From Octopus bimaculoides (Eukaryota), in NCBI RefSeq assembly GCF_001194135.2, contig NC_068987.1, forward strand, positions 90,687,106-90,751,105: DNA of 64,000 bases. Direction: 5' to 3'. The notes below the pieces were generated by a model that had not been told where the DNA came from, did not search any database, and saw nothing but the letters and a program-made list of their open reading frames with translations. A program made the translations under genes and the position numbers. This document shows, one piece after another, positions 62,575 to 64,000 of this stretch. The first letter of the stretch is position 1; the number at the start of each line of letters is the position of its first letter.

Positions 62575-63110
62575 TTATTGTCATTTAACGTCCTTTTTCC
62601 ATGCTGGCATGGGTTGGACGCTTTGACTGAGGACTGGCAAGCCAGAAGGCTGCACTAGGCCCCAATCTGATCTGGTAAAGTTTCTACAGCTGGATGCTCT
62701 TCCTAATGCCAACCACTCCGAAAGTATAGTGGGTGCTTTTTATGTGCCACTGGCATGAGAGCCAGTCACACAGTACTGGCCTAGTGCACTGGCCTAGTGC
62801 ACTGGCCTAGTGCACGGGAGCCTAGTGCAGCCAACCACTCTGAGAGTGTAGTGGGTGCTTTTACGTGCCACCGGCNNNNNNNNNNCACGGGAGCCTAGTG
62901 CAGCCAACCACTCTGAGAGTGTAGTGGGTGCTTTTACGTGCCACCGGCACAAGGGCCAGTCAGGCAGTACTGGCAACGGCCACGCTCAAATGGTGTTTTT
63001 TATGTGCCAACTGCATAGGAGTCAGTCCAGCGGCACTGGCAACAACCTCGCTCAAATGTTTTGTTCACATGCCACTAGCACAAGTGCCAGTAAGGCGTTT
63101 AAAACTTGAT
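62575..63110 (-). mobile_element. RTE-type LINE 3' end with several 3'-UTR modules and a 13-bp tandem
   Basis: Family terminus at ~62585-62720, actggcctagtgc x3 at ~62775-62813, and ggtgctttt anchors. Confidence 0.82.
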
Positions 63111-63909
63111 TTTAATAAACTTTACTAAAATCTAGTTATAATATCAACCCAAGGGTTTAAGAAAGACTGTCACTATGGTAATACTAGTTTATTTCTTTTC
63201 ATAAATTACATTTGACATCCAAATAAAACATTAAACATTTGAGGAATAGTATTATGCCTGTTTGTCTCCATGGATAGCTGCACGATATCCTTGCAACTAT
63301 CCATTGACAGATGTAAGCAATCTATTAATTTTTGCTTTAATAACTATTTGAATGACAAATCTATAATTCGCCAGCTCAACTAAATAAATCTGTCTCCAAT
63401 TTCTTAAGAGCGACAGACAGTTTAACACATTTTGTTTCAACCTGTTTTTAGTTTCTATCATTTTCCATAATTTCTTCTCTAATTTTTCTGACACATAAAA
63501 CAATCTCTCAGCTCTGTCACTTCCATGCTCATCACTAAATTCAATAACATGCAACTTAAAACCAACCTCATAACTTGACCTTTTAACCTTTAGAGCTCAT
63601 GATTTAGTTTCTAGTTACCTTTTTGCATCAGAAATACAATGAATTCTTTTCAGCACTTCTGTCAACAATCCTGAGCATAAGCAGGCAACAAGATATGAAA
63701 GGTATAACATGTCTACTATATAATATATATAGATATATATATATAGATATAGAAATAGATACATACATATGTATATATACACACACACACATATATGTAT
63801 ATATCGTGGCACTCTGTCAGTTATGACAATGAAGGTTCCAGTTGATCCGATCAACGGAACAGCCTGCTTGTAAAATTAATGTGCAAGTGGCTGAGCACTC
63901 CACAGACAC

Positions 63910-63962
<53 letters not shown>

Positions 63963-64000
63963 TATATAAATATAAAGAGGGTTTGAGAGGCAAACATTAT

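Noticed and set aside
62810-62950. Direct duplication of ~60 bp on both sides of an 11-N gap
   Set aside because: Typical contig-overlap artefact at a small scaffold gap; not treated as biological.
63297-63554. 85-aa minus-strand ORF (HVIEFSDEHGSDRAERLFYVSEKLEKK...)
   Set aside because: No recognisable motif, no IQCG similarity and no suitable phase-2 donor. Possibly an old TE remnant.

Overview
AT-rich, repeat-saturated eukaryotic DNA with 11 large and several small N-gaps. It looks like a short-read assembly; the SINE/LINE complement suggests an octopod cephalopod such as Octopus (inference from recalled repeat families, not a database match). The only host gene I can support is the 3' part of IQCG/DRC9 (IQ-motif subunit of the nexin-dynein regulatory complex) on the minus strand. 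Five GT-AG exons (53964-53721, 42766-42692, 36983-36852, 26739-26638, 17974-17870) join in frame to 219 codons ending in an IQ motif and TAA; the 5' exons were not found. The rest is mobile DNA and simple repeats: a full-length dead mariner, Tc1-like and hAT remnants, several MITEs, three tRNA-headed SINE families, many 3' ends of one RTE-type LINE family with (GAT)n tails, and RLE-type (R4/Dong-like) LINE fragments found only between (TAA)n tracts. The most notable unexplained structures are two minimal type-I hammerhead ribozyme motifs (12603-12661 +, 58389-58434 -), a pile-up of TAA-targeted elements that includes a 558-bp non-coding unit (35190-35747), and a ~375-bp fold-back element 56 nt from an IQCG splice donor. 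Repeat boundaries were read by eye and are approximate unless TIR/TSD coordinates are given.
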